Assembly (NCBI GenBank): GCA_027923505.1 | Contig: BROI01000009.1 | Span: 806,001-870,000, forward strand | DNA from: Mayamaea pseudoterrestris | Lineage: Eukaryota | Direction of reading: 5' to 3' | DNA: 64,000 nt | Part shown: positions 33,338-45,437 of the stretch, in pieces | How the letters are laid out: each line of letters begins with the position of its first letter | Numbering within the stretch: the stretch's first letter is position 1 | Position numbers and translations under genes: made by a program | The notes under the pieces: generated by a model | Database searches by the model: none | The model's input: only the letters and a program-made list of their open reading frames with translations | What the model was told of the DNA's origin: nothing

Positions 33338-33619
33338 GTTGATGGATGTCCCTGCAGATGGTACGCGATACGTCACCGGGAGAACTAGCTCCTATTGGGG
33401 ATCTTTGTTGCGTTGTTTGTTTATATTCCTTGCAAAATACTGCAGTTGCATGCCGTGAAGGACGGAAATGCCTGCACATGCAGGATTTGCGACGTGACGG
33501 AAAATGATCACCTGTCGGAGCGCAACTGAATCTGTCATAGCGGTAATCAGTCATTCGCGGCCCGCGCCGCGCGATTCGTCGTCATTCAAAACGATCATCC
33601 GACATCCGACGGCGCAACC

Positions 33620-34993
33620 ATGGTGCAGGTCCATCGCCTCGCGACGCCCCGCAGCCGCACCAAGCCTCATCTTGTATTGAATGGAACCAAAATACTCTGT
33701 GGCGTGATCGTTCTGATTTGCGTCATTCTCTTTATCGAAACGTCAACAAGCACGACAAGTCGACCTGATGCTGCTGCTAGATCGTCGTTACTGCAGCTTC
33801 GCACGAAGAGTGCAAGCGCGGGCAACGATGTCTCGCAAAAGAAGGGATTAGCTACAGTTGCTTTTGCTGTAAGCATCACCGGGTGTGGTACTGATCCTAT
33901 CACGGAAGGAGCTGCAGTATTGATGCACTCCATTCATCGAGCATCAGTGCACGGATCGCTTAGCGGAAAGTACGACTACGACTTGTTTGCCATTTACCAC
34001 CCGCAGGCTGCCGAATGTGCAAAGCCATTACAGAAAATTGGGTGGAATTTGCTTGAACGAGATGTTTTTGTAAAAGTCAGCGACATTAAAGGTGACTATC
34101 TGCGCGAAAAGATTGAATCAAATGGATGCTGTGGAGAAAAGGAACTGATCAAGCTTGAAGCTTATACGCTCACCGATTATCCCATTGTCGTACACCTTGA
34201 TCTTGATGTACTGGTACTAAAGCCCATGGATGACGTCTTTGACATGATGCTGGCGACAGAGTCAGTGGATGCAGCACAATACTCGGACATTTTGATGCCG
34301 TATCCACCGCAAACAATGCCTGCTCGCATCAACGCCTTCTTCACCTACGACTACAATATGGTCAGTCCTCTCACGGTGCATAAACCAGTACAAGGAGGTC
34401 TGATCATTCTACGTCCCGATTTGCACGTCTACGAGGAATTTCGGCAGATTGTTTTGGAAGGTGACTTTCGCTCGAGCCACGGCTCAAACGGCTCGGGATG
34501 GGGCGGCAAAGTCGGGCCGTTTCACGGATCCATGACGTTTCAAGGCATTGTTCCATATTACTACAATGTTTTGCACGAGGGAAAGGAATCGCTAGTTTTG
34601 AATCGCTGCGTCTACAACCAAATGTGTGACAATCCACGCGACCGACCAACTAAAAACGATATCGTTTCAGGAACATGTCGAACGGGAGAAGCAGAATGCG
34701 AGGATTGTCGGTCTCGGCCGCTCGAGGACGTAGTGACGACGCATTTTACACTCTGCCAAAAGCCATGGTGGTGTCTTCCGCATACACAGGATGCGATACA
34801 GCACCGACTCTGTCAGAAGCTGACACGCGAATGGTATCGGGTGCGTTCTGAAATGGAACAGTCATGGGGTCGGTCTGGTCAAGGTGCAGGCAACTATATG
34901 CAGGATATTTTCTTTGGATATTGCCAGCACAGCGGCCACCAAGGGTACACGCCTATTGGCGAACCATATGGAGCTGTCAGCAGCAAATTGTAA
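33620..34993 (+). CDS. GT8-like glycosyltransferase, paralog 1, copy B
   Basis: 457 aa, counterpart of 452-1816 with a 3-aa indel. Confidence 0.8.
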   Translation: MVQVHRLATPRSRTKPHLVLNGTKILCGVIVLICVILFIETSTSTTSRPDAAARSSLLQLRTKSASAGNDVSQKKGLATVAFAVSITGCGTDPITEGAAVLMHSIHRASVHGSLSGKYDYDLFAIYHPQAAECAKPLQKIGWNLLERDVFVKVSDIKGDYLREKIESNGCCGEKELIKLEAYTLTDYPIVVHLDLDVLVLKPMDDVFDMMLATESVDAAQYSDILMPYPPQTMPARINAFFTYDYNMVSPLTVHKPVQGGLIILRPDLHVYEEFRQIVLEGDFRSSHGSNGSGWGGKVGPFHGSMTFQGIVPYYYNVLHEGKESLVLNRCVYNQMCDNPRDRPTKNDIVSGTCRTGEAECEDCRSRPLEDVVTTHFTLCQKPWWCLPHTQDAIQHRLCQKLTREWYRVRSEMEQSWGRSGQGAGNYMQDIFFGYCQHSGHQGYTPIGEPYGAVSSKL

Positions 34994-35458
34994 TCGATGG
35001 TATTGCAACACTTGTTATACGCGAGCCAGGCAGAAACGGCGCCGATGAAGCACAACCTAAAGCATCCAACGTGTTTTCGCACTGTTTAAAGGTGCTTAAT
35101 GACCGTCGAGTACGACCAGACATTTGAGCCCTGTCTCGTTTCCGTTGCTATTTGGAAATAATATCCACGGCGACTGCCCGTGCTGCACGTGTTTTTAGAC
35201 TTTATTTGAGTAATGACGCGTTTATTTTAACAAGTAGACTTTGCGCAGAGAACCTCTATTTTCAATCCGCAAAGAGCTGTATATTCAAACAGACGAATAC
35301 CAGCTGCACACTTTGGTAAACAGATCAACTACCGGTAGTAGCGTATACAAGGTAAGTCGCAGCGCAACTCATTGTGACATGCGACTTTTCCGTCGGCGAC
35401 CTACAATTACAACGATGAAATTGTTGATGAACTTATCATCGGCCCCAAGTCCGACGCC

Positions 35459-36850
35459 ATGAGTTCGGCTCAGCGCAGTCGGATTTTTGGATCAACAATG
35501 AACAGATATACAACATATCTGGCTGTATTCTTTATTTTGCTCTTGGTTGCCGTTGTCTTCACCATCGAATCGAACCAAAAGCTTTTGATGCCTGCGCAGA
35601 TCGATGATGTGTCGCTGATTTTTGCCGGCGATCTTACAACGCAAAAGCTCGCTTCGAGACCCATAAAGGTCGCGTACGCAGTATCAATCACGTCGTGCAA
35701 CTCGGGACCATATGCGACTTCCTTAGCAGATGCGGCAGCCGTCTTAAAGCATTCGATCCATCGCGCATCAATTCACGGAACACTCGGCGGTCGCTACGAC
35801 TACGACAGCTTTGTCATCTCTTATCCTGGTGCAAAGGAATGCTCAGCTGCTTTGGAAGATTTTGGATGGAAAGTGATAGAGCGACCAATCTTGGTCAACG
35901 TAAGCGAAATTCGAGGCAACCACATGCGAGAGAATGTCGACAACACGGGGTGCTGCGGCTCAAAGGAGTTCATAAAACTTGAGGCATATACAATGACTGA
36001 TTACCCAATAGTTGTACATCTGGACCTTGACACTTTGGTTCTGAAACCAATGGATGACCTATTCGACGTGATGCTGAACACGTCGCCGACTATCGGCGCT
36101 GATCATTACAAAACCTTCATCATGCAGCATAGCAACAAGAATCAAACGACAATTCCCGATCGCGTCAATGCTTTTTTCACTTACGACTACAACATGGTTA
36201 CGTCAAGTACTGTATATAAACCCGTACAAGGGGGCTTGATTGTTGTGAGGCCTGATCTCAATGTGTATGAAGCGTTTCGCCAAATTGTACTTGAAGGGGA
36301 TTTTCGCAGTGGAGAAGAGCGAAATGGCATTGGTTGGGGCGGAAAGGTTGGACCATTTTATGGCGGCATGACCTTTCAAGGCATAATTCCCTACTATTAC
36401 GATGTTCTTCACCCTGGGCAGGCTCTTGAACTAAATCGATGCGTCTACAACCAAATGTGCGACAATCCCCGCGAGCCGGTTGCAGAAAACAGCACCATAC
36501 CAGGGAAATGCTTAACGAATGAAACCGAATGCGAAGACTGTCGCGCTCGTCCCGTAAATGAGATTGTAACGGCTCATTACACCATTTGTCAAAAACCCTG
36601 GTCATGTCATGCCCATGCCGAGGAATCCATTGGACATCAGCTTTGCCGTAATCTTATGCGTGAATGGTTTCGCGTGCGCTCTGAAATGGAGATTTCTTGG
36701 GGCCGCAAGGGACTGGGAGCGGGTAGTTACGAACCAGACATTTTCTTTGGGTTCTGTCGCGGGCATGGCGACTTTAGTTACCTTCCGATTCAGCAGCCGT
36801 TTGGTCGACCTTTGGTCATCAACTCAGATGGCCATAACACAACTTTATAG
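35459..36850 (+). CDS. GT8-like glycosyltransferase, paralog 2, copy B
   Basis: 463 aa, counterpart of 2285-3676. Confidence 0.8.
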   Translation: MSSAQRSRIFGSTMNRYTTYLAVFFILLLVAVVFTIESNQKLLMPAQIDDVSLIFAGDLTTQKLASRPIKVAYAVSITSCNSGPYATSLADAAAVLKHSIHRASIHGTLGGRYDYDSFVISYPGAKECSAALEDFGWKVIERPILVNVSEIRGNHMRENVDNTGCCGSKEFIKLEAYTMTDYPIVVHLDLDTLVLKPMDDLFDVMLNTSPTIGADHYKTFIMQHSNKNQTTIPDRVNAFFTYDYNMVTSSTVYKPVQGGLIVVRPDLNVYEAFRQIVLEGDFRSGEERNGIGWGGKVGPFYGGMTFQGIIPYYYDVLHPGQALELNRCVYNQMCDNPREPVAENSTIPGKCLTNETECEDCRARPVNEIVTAHYTICQKPWSCHAHAEESIGHQLCRNLMREWFRVRSEMEISWGRKGLGAGSYEPDIFFGFCRGHGDFSYLPIQQPFGRPLVINSDGHNTTL

Positions 36851-37814
36851 ATATCATATTAACGTGCTGCCACTGTTAGGCATACTATAATTGCAAGAAT
36901 TTCGTCGCAAAAGTAGATGAACCCCGCACGTAAGAAGGTTACAACTGCATTTTTCCTGTCGCAACACTTTATCGCATCGGTTACTGATGTAATTCCGACC
37001 AAAGGGAGATGCTATTATCAGAGTTTAAAAAGGTCTCGACACTGTTTGAATTTACTCTGACTAATTTGTTTTTAAGGAGGAGCAGATACGCGAGTGCTTG
37101 GCAATCACTCTAACCTTGCATGCCACTTTAGTACTACCTAGCTAACTTCCTCGTGCTCAAAGAAACAATTGGTGCAGTTGGAAGCGAAATATGTGCCATC
37201 CATACTACGGTAGATAGGGACACCTTCCTGTACTGTAATTGTCGGTATTTTACTATCCTGCATTACTTTCTTGTCTACCGGTAGTACGAGAGCATAGCAA
37301 ATTGTGTTAGCAGTGCCGGTAGGTCATGAATCATCAGCCCCGGGCATGATGCGTATCATAGCTCCCGCGTCTCTTTCCTTCGCCTCCATTGTTCTTTAGC
37401 TTCTCATTTTACTGCCTCACTGTTGCAAGTTGGAGGGTGGTCGACGGAGTGACATATATGATACCGGTATTAGGTACATGTGTAGGTCAAGCTGAGTAGA
37501 TTCGAACGCTATACCGACACTTACTTCAACAACATCGTCACTTTCTATCAACGTCATTTTTCAGCTTCAAGATGACCCTGCCTTCGTAAAAAGTGCAAGC
37601 AGAATGTCCCCAATCATCGCTTTACAATAGCCTGCACGGGTACGTCAGCCTTGCGAATTGTGTCCGCATTAAGTGGACCGAAGCCGAGCGAACGCCAGCG
37701 AACAGTCAATAAAGAATCGAAGCCCTTTCTAGTTGAAGTTAGACTGCAAGCCAGATTAAACATCTCACAAAACTTTCGATCGCGCCGATTAATCCATCGC
37801 CCATCATCCCCACC

Positions 37815-38480
37815 ATGATCTGCTCGTCAATAAAGCGAGCGTCAGAACTTAACAACCATGGCATTAATCTGCTTGTCGCAGGGCATTCACAAGAGGCAAT
37901 GAATACTTTTCAGAGTGCTTTGTCAGGTATCAAGGAAATCGTAAGCGACCAAGATCCAAGCCTCCATTCCGACACATCAATGAGCGTCGCCCCTACCCAA
38001 AGATTTATCAGCGAGAGCCCTTTGATTCTACATACACTACATACGGATCAGTCATTTGTGTACAATCGACCCTTGGTGATTGACGAGATTGTGTCGATTG
38101 ACGATCTCGATTCTACCTTGGCACTACTGAGCGCCGCCATTCTTTTCAATCTCGCCTTGGTGTGCCATCAAATTGGACGAGAAGGCCAAGAGAAGGCACT
38201 CAAGCGCGCATCGGTACTGTACAGAATGAGTTTGCAGCTACTTCAAAACTGCGAGGCGAATGAATGTACCACTGTCATTTGTCTCCTCGCGCTCAACAAT
38301 CGAGCGCAGATCCATTATGAGCTCTGCGACTACTCGCAGAGTGGACATTGTTTAAAGCAAATATCTAAGATCATGCACGACGATGTTCGTTTGCATGAGT
38401 CTTTGAACGCAGCAGACCTTGAAGGTCTTTTGCTGAATGTGATGCTTCAAGATCCACCATCGGCTGCTCGAGCCGCATGA
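37815..38480 (+). CDS. Hypothetical TPR-like protein, copy B
   Basis: Same protein as 13373-14038. Confidence 0.7.
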   Translation: MICSSIKRASELNNHGINLLVAGHSQEAMNTFQSALSGIKEIVSDQDPSLHSDTSMSVAPTQRFISESPLILHTLHTDQSFVYNRPLVIDEIVSIDDLDSTLALLSAAILFNLALVCHQIGREGQEKALKRASVLYRMSLQLLQNCEANECTTVICLLALNNRAQIHYELCDYSQSGHCLKQISKIMHDDVRLHESLNAADLEGLLLNVMLQDPPSAARAA

Positions 38481-38899
38481 TCTCGTTGCTTGCTATCCAT
38501 TTCACAACAAACCCATCAACTATTTGGTCATATACAACCTGTATCTGCTATACGCGCCACCTGCTAAGTGGCAACTGTTAAAATAAGGTACCGATTTTTG
38601 CTAATCTCCATATGAAATCCCGTATTTCAATAATTTGTCACTGCGCTGGGAATGGCAGGCACATATGCATCATGTATTCATATCATTCAAGTCTTCAACG
38701 ACTGGAACAGAATGTCAAATTGAAGGATATATACTTTGACACGAGTAAGTTGCGCGGTGCGTCTTTGAGTAAGCGTGCATATAGCCCATCCAACAGCCCA
38801 TGACATTGCATTTTGAAGGCGAGTAGCTTGCGAAACGGCCTTGACAACCGTTTCTTTAAAGTTTGGTCGGTTCTTCGCATGCCGATGAACCAACTGCAC

Positions 38900-39045
38900 G
38901 TAAGCGCACGGTAAGCTGCAACCGAAGGAGTGGATCGAGGACGATCACTTCTTGGAGAAAATAAGTAAAGTGGTTTTATTGACTCTGTTCTGCTTAATCA
39001 TTAGTGTCGCTTCAAGGGCGCGCAAGATATATTCTAGATCCAACA
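38900..39045 (+). repeat. 5' LTR lacking its first ~67 bp
   Basis: Shares about 91 bp with the 3' LTR and ends in CAACA. Confidence 0.85.
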
Positions 39046-39072
39046 TTTTCTCCAAGAAGCGAGTGAAAAGAC

Positions 39073-42000
39073 ATGTCTTCGACGAGCAATACTCCGACGA
39101 CAGGAGCGGCGTCGAGCGGTGGAGGTGCACCTCCCGCTCCGCCAGCAAGCGAAGGAAACCGACGCACCGTTCATTATCTTCGTGAAAATCGTGCTGGGAA
39201 TCGTTCCGGGAATCAAGGCAATGGTAACAGACTCAACGGACCGAGTCGTGCGCCGAGTGGAAATTTCAAGGAAGCGAGCCGACGCTCGCTGGATTCATCT
39301 ACGACTATAACGGTTCGCGCGATCCCGATGGATTCATCCGTACGACGAACGAGATCATCACTTTCGTCGGGCGCTCCTACAAGAAATATACCAAGGAGCT
39401 GCTCAAGGGCATGCGCAACGTGGAACTGGAGATTCCTGACGAGCCTGCACGTCCAACGAAGGATGCCGACACGACGGACTCGGACTGGTCCATAATGCTC
39501 GAGGAATACAAGGCCGACAAGAAAGAGCATGTCGAGCGCGTGCGTGTATACTCCGACTTCCTCGCTGGTCTCTACGCCGTGTTGCATGGACAATGCACGG
39601 AGCGTATGAAGGATCGTGTCAAGTCGCACGCCAAGTTCCGAGACGCCGAGGAGGACACGGACGGAATTAAGTTGCTGGCGATTATCAAGGAGATCTCGCA
39701 TACGTACGAAGGGCGCTGCAAACTTGTGGATCAAGTCGTGGACATTCAAGCTGAGTTGTTCGGACGTACTCAAGGAGCGCGCGAAAGCCTGCAGAAATAT
39801 TACGAAAGCATGGTCACGCTGGCAGACGTGGCGAAGGCGGTTGGCGTCACGATGCACAACGAGATTGTGGCGTTGAACATTGCCAAGGATGACAATCGTA
39901 ACAAGGCGAACAAGGAGGATATCAAGGCCGCCGAAGAGCTCGAGCTTGCGATGCTTTTCGTGCGTGGCGCAACGGGCGAATACGCTGGGTATTGCAAGCA
40001 CTTGCGCAACTGCTACCTCGACGGGCACGACAACTTCCTGTTGACGATCCACGATGCATACAACATCATGCAGCGTCGTGAGCATGCGGATGGAGAAGCC
40101 ACGTTGCCAACGAACGAGGGCGTGGCGTTTCACACGACTGGTACAGCGCGTGACCCTCCCAGATGCTGGACCTGTCAACAGGTTGGTCATGTGCAGCGAG
40201 ACTGTCCTACGAGAACGGAGTCTACGGAGAGTGCGCCGGCTGCAGAGGCTAGTGGGGCGCAGCACTTCACGCTGGGTAGCGAGGAAGAAAGCGATGACGA
40301 CGATGAGGTCGGATACATGTTCGCGCAGCCGCCGAAGGTGAACATCTCGAAGAAGGCTGTGCTCTTGGACAATCAGTCGACAGTGGATCTGTTCTGCAAC
40401 GCCAAGATGCTGACGAACATTCGCCCGGTGCCAACGTGGATGGTGATCAAGTGCAACGCTGGTACAGTAAGGACGAACATGATGGGCGACCTGGAGGGCT
40501 ATGGTCCGGTGTGGTGGTATCCGCAGGGACTGGCGAACATTTTGAGTTTGGCGCAAGTCCGCAAGAAGTTTACCGTGGAGTATCTCATGCACGGCGTGGA
40601 TCGTCAATGTTCGTTGTGGAGAAGCCGGATGGTAAGCAGCGAGTTTGTCGAGACTGACTCTGGGCTGTATGTTTGCGAGAGCTTTTCGAAGGGCAAGCGC
40701 AGCGATGTCAAGGATGGAGTGGCGATGTTGACTACGGTAGACGATAACCGTCTACCTACACCAATGATGACTATTTACGCGCTGTTAGAGCTAGGGAACT
40801 GCAAATCAAAATTGGACGGCCAAGCCTCAAGGATTACCTGCGCATCGTTACTAGCAATCAGTTGCCGAACTGTCCTGTGACGAAGGCCGACATCCTGGCT
40901 GCTGAGCACATCTTTGGACCAGATGTTGGCTCGTTAAAAGGAAAGACGACGCGTCGCGCGTCGCATCTGGTGAAGCCTGCGATTGTTGAGCAGCTTCCAC
41001 CGGCTATCATGAGTCGCTATCGAGACGTTACTCTTTGTGCTGACATCATGTATATCAACAAAGTCCCTATGTTGGTGACGTTCTCCCGCAGCATTCGTTT
41101 TGCTACGGTTGAGGTGATTCAAAACCGTACGCTTCCGGTTATGTTGAAGGCAATCGAGTCTGTGTTGAAGATTTACGCACGCGGTGGGTTCCGTGTCGTC
41201 GCGGCTCTGATGGATGGGGAGTTCGCTCCAATGCTGGCGCGTTGGCTGATCTCGGAGTGGCGCTCAATGCGACATCTGAGGATGAACACGTTGGCGAAAT
41301 TGAACGTTTTATCCGTGTCGTGAAAGAACGGGTGCGCGCGACATACAACACGTTGCCATTTAAGCACGTGCCGGCACGCTTGGTTATCGAAATGACGAAG
41401 TCTGCCGTGTTTTGGTTGAATGCGTTTCCGAACGAGCGTGGCATTTCGAAGGATCTCAGTCCACGCACTATTGTGACTGGTCAGACAGTTGACTTTAATC
41501 GGCATTGCAAGTATGAATTTGGTCAGTATGTGCAAACGCATGAGTCGCACAGCAATGACATGCAGGCGCGCACGATCGGTGCGCTGGCTCTGCGCCCGAC
41601 TGGTAATGTGCAGGGTGGGTTTTATTTCCTCAGTTTGTCTTCGGGCAAAGTTCTGAATCGTGGGCACGCTACGCCTTTGCCCATGCCTGATGATGTCATT
41701 GAGCGCGTGCATCGTCTCGCTCGTCAACAGAAGGCCAATCCGGGCATCGTGTTCATGGACCGCCACCGTGTTGCGGAGGCTGCTGAGCCAGTCATGTGGC
41801 ACGAAGATGACGCCGAGGATGATGATGACTCTGATTATGATGACGACGCTTCTCGCGGTGACGACGACTCTGCCGGCGGAAGCGAAGGAGTGAATGCGAC
41901 CGATGACGACGACGACGACGACGATGGTGCTGACGGCGCAATCGAAGGAGTGCCGAACGACGAGGATGGTGAGGCCATTGACGGCGAACTTGACGACGCG

Positions 42001-43913
42001 CCAGCCGTGGATGATGGCGAAATTGAAGGAGTGCCCGATGAAGGCGAAATTGAAGGAGTGCCAGCTGCTGCGGACGAAGAGGATTTCGATGCGCGCTATG
42101 GCCCACGCACTGGTCGGTATGGCCTGCGTGCGCGCAAACCTCGCTCGTTCGCTCATTTGTTCACGCTCGACGCTGCAGAGGAAGTGTCGGAGCCACTCGT
42201 CACGGCACAGATGAATATGCGACAAGGTTTAAAGGCTTTTGGCGATGCTGGAGTGGAGGCAGTGCGCAAGGAAATGCAGCAGCTACACGACAGGCACGTC
42301 ATGAAGGCAGTCCCCCAATGCACTCTGACTCCGCAGCAGCGCAAGGACGCTCTGGCGTATTTGATGTTTCTCAAGCGCAAGAGATGCGGGACTGTGAAGG
42401 GACGCGGATGCGCGGATGGACGCAAGCAACGAGCATACACTGCAAAGGAAGACGCAGCATCTCCAACGATAGCGACAGAGGCCATCTTTCTGACAGCTAT
42501 CATTGACGCTATGGAAGGGCGCGAGGTTGCTGTGGTTGATGTACCGGGTGCTTTCATGCAAGCGGAAATGGATGAGTTGGTGCACGTTCGTTTCACTGGG
42601 AAGATGGTGGAGCTACTGTTGGAAATTGATCGCGAGATGTACGAGCCTTGCGTCACAATGGAGAATGGCGAGAAAGTCATGTATGTTGAATTACTCATGG
42701 CGCTTTATGGTACGCTTCGAGCAGCGCGACTATTCTGGGAGAAGTTGTCCGCAAAATTGCTTGAGTGGGGCTTCGAGAAGAACCCGTACGATCCGTGTGT
42801 GTGCAACAAGATTGTCAATGGGAAGCAAATCACCGTGGGATGGCACGTGGACGATTTGAAGATTTCGCACGTCGACGTGAGCGTAGTGGATGAGTTCATC
42901 GCGCAGATGGATGAGGAGTTTGGCAAGGAGACTCCAATGAATAAGTCACGCGGAAAAGTGCACGACTACCTCGGCATGGTATTGGACTATACTAAGCCTG
43001 GAGAAGTAGCAATCAACATGGTTGACTATGTGAAGAACATCCTGCATCATGCGCCAGACGACATGGATGGAACGGCAGCTACTCCGGCAGCCAGTCACTT
43101 GTTTCAGATATCGGAAAATCCTGTCATGTTGAGCGAAGCGAAGAAGCGAATTTTGTGACGATTGTGATGCAGTGTCTGTATCTGAGTCAGCGAGCGCGAC
43201 CGGATATTCGCACAGCGATTTCTTTCTTGAGCACGAGGCTGCAGCAGCCTGACGAAGACGACTATAAGAAGGCTGCAAGAGTGATTAAATATTTACGCGG
43301 AAGCGTGGACATGGTGTTGACGCTGAAGGCGGACCAGTCCGGGATAGTCCAGTGGTGGGTGGATGCGTCGTACGCGGTGCACCCAGACATGAAGGGTCAC
43401 ACTGGTGGAACAATGACACTTGGACCAGGATCAGTGTACAGTACGTCGGCTAAACAGAAGTTGGTAACAAGAAGCTCGACGGAGAGCGAAGTTGTGGGAG
43501 TTCATGATGTGCTACCGCAGTTGCTGTGGACAGGATATTTTCTGAAGGCGCAAGGTTTCGGGGTCAAAGACACGAAATTGTATCAAGACAATATGAGTTC
43601 AATGCTGTTGGAAAAGAATGGCAGAAGCTCAAGTACAAAGCGCACGCGACACATGAATGTTCGGTACTTCTTTGTGAAAGATCGCGTGGCAGCTGGTGAA
43701 GTCAACATTGAGCATTGTCCGACCGGAGACATGGTCGCGGATTTCTTCACGAAACCATTGCAGGGAGCCCAGTTTGGCAAGCTCCGCAACCTGGTTATGA
43801 ATCTGGCCTCGAGCAGTAAGTACTACTCGGCCCAAAGGAGTGTGTTGAGCATGGATGAGAACCCAAACCGAAGCGGCAGCGGTGACGTCACGAAGACGGT
43901 CACATTTAAGTAA
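39073..43913 (+). pseudogene. Copia gag-pol polyprotein with several frameshifts
   Basis: Zn knuckle CWTCQQVGHVQRDC, protease LLDNQST, integrase CADIM / MDGEF / EIER, RT DVPGAF / LYG / WHVDD, RNase H VDASYA / TESE / QDN / ADFFTKPL. Confidence 0.9.
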
Positions 43914-44000
43914 GCGCGGTAAGCGGCAACCGAAGGAGTGGATCGAGGACGATCACTTCTTGGAGAAAATAAGTAAAGTGGTTTTATTGACTCTGTTCTG
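43843..44000 (+). repeat. 3' LTR lacking its last ~53 bp
   Basis: Starts TGTTG after the short purine-rich aaaggag. Host sequence resumes at 44002. Confidence 0.85.
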
Positions 44001-44001
44001 T

Positions 44002-44571
44002 GCTGACTCCGCTTTTGCCGATGAGAACCCCACAGACTCCGCCTTGGCGAGCAGTCTGTCGAACGGCACTGCCACAATACCAAAGACATGGACCGAAAAG
44101 GGCTCTTTTGAGATTGTCCAAGGATGCGAAGTTTATTGGAGTCAAGATCGCTACTCTGTAATGATTCGCATCGCGCTTCCAGAGGAAGGAAAGTGGACCT
44201 GCGTCGTCTCAAGTCTGCTGGCATACGCCGATCGATTTGTTGCCGTTGGGAGCGGATCAAAATCATTATTGGAAGTTTGGCGAGCCGATTTAACAAATTC
44301 TGTATTGATGCGGTCGGAAATTGCTTATCCTGTTCATGCTACGGAAGATGACGAAGGGGTAGACTGGTCCATCGAACGCATCGGCGTTCAGAGATTTCTG
44401 TCAGTCACGTTGAACAAAGCCACGCCAATGGCTGGCATGACGCTTTGGTGGAAGCGTCCACTCTCGGAAATGAAGGAAATATCGATGGATTGGAGGGAAC
44501 CATCGTCAACGAGCTTTCAGAAAGTATGGAATGAAGCTCATGCACAATTTTACGACAAGCATCGAAACTAA
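44002..44571 (+). pseudogene. 5'-truncated CS-domain gene, copy B
   Basis: Matches 15126-15695. The promoter and first 87 codons are replaced by the Copia element. Confidence 0.85.
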
Positions 44572-45437
44572 GTAAGCTGCTTGTAGATTCTCAAGATGTT
44601 TAACAAAATCCTTCCACAAGGAGGAGTTATAAGCAGGTGCAGTAGTACACCACTTTAATTCTGTTGTATATCACTACTATCTGCCGGTAGGAGTTTCAAA
44701 AATTCCAAACACAATACAGTACCATGAGCAACTTTGCCAATGCTCACGATCCAAATCGATCCCATCATCATTGTTACAAGGCAAGGCCACCGTTGAAGCT
44801 GCGTTGAGTCGGCGGCATATCCTGAGTCCGACTCCTTAACGTTTCCCACGCGAGGAGGCAAATGTTCGTCGGCTCATTCGTGTGCGAAGTTCCCATTTTT
44901 TTGTGGTAGGATATAATATCCGGACATGCTTCACGACATTAATGGGTGTAACTTGGTGCGACATGCCGTACTTCTTGGCGTTCGTGTCTACTCCAATGAC
45001 TCATAAAATGACCGGTGATTCTGCGACATCATCTACCCAGGCCAGTCAATTTAATGTTAGTATGCTGCGTCTGCTGTTTGGCAATGTTTGTGCGCGCGGA
45101 GCGCGCAAAGGTCTTTGCAGGCTTTGTGAAACCATTGATCCTACCACCTCCCCGCCCCGCGAATGTGTTCACACTACTTGTACCAGTAATAATAGTGTCG
45201 CAGCGTTACATCTTTTGATCGTACCGGTACTTCTGCAGAGCGAGCCTCGCCTCACAAATTCTGGAAAACGAACAACGTCACCCACAAAATTGAAGGCGAA
45301 GACAATTGCCGACGCACTGCACTTCAAACCACATCATCACTTGCATCTGAGCGCAAATAATGCCGACTCGTCGGCAGCGCCACAAGATCACAATAACGAC
45401 GGAAGTCAAGCGAGCACATAGCAGCAGCAATAATAGA

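Larger units (their letters stand above)
38900..44000 (+). mobile_element. Ty1/Copia (diatom CoDi-like) LTR retrotransposon with externally truncated LTRs
   Basis: Absent from copy A. Order gag-PR-IN-RT-RH. Direct repeats at 38900-38992 and 43910-44000. LTR termini TGTTG (43843) and CAACA (39041-39045). Confidence 0.93.

Noticed and set aside
39213..42225. Long minus-strand ORFs (464 aa and 350 aa) inside the Copia element
   Set aside because: Antisense shadows of GC-rich gag-pol coding sequence, with no motifs.
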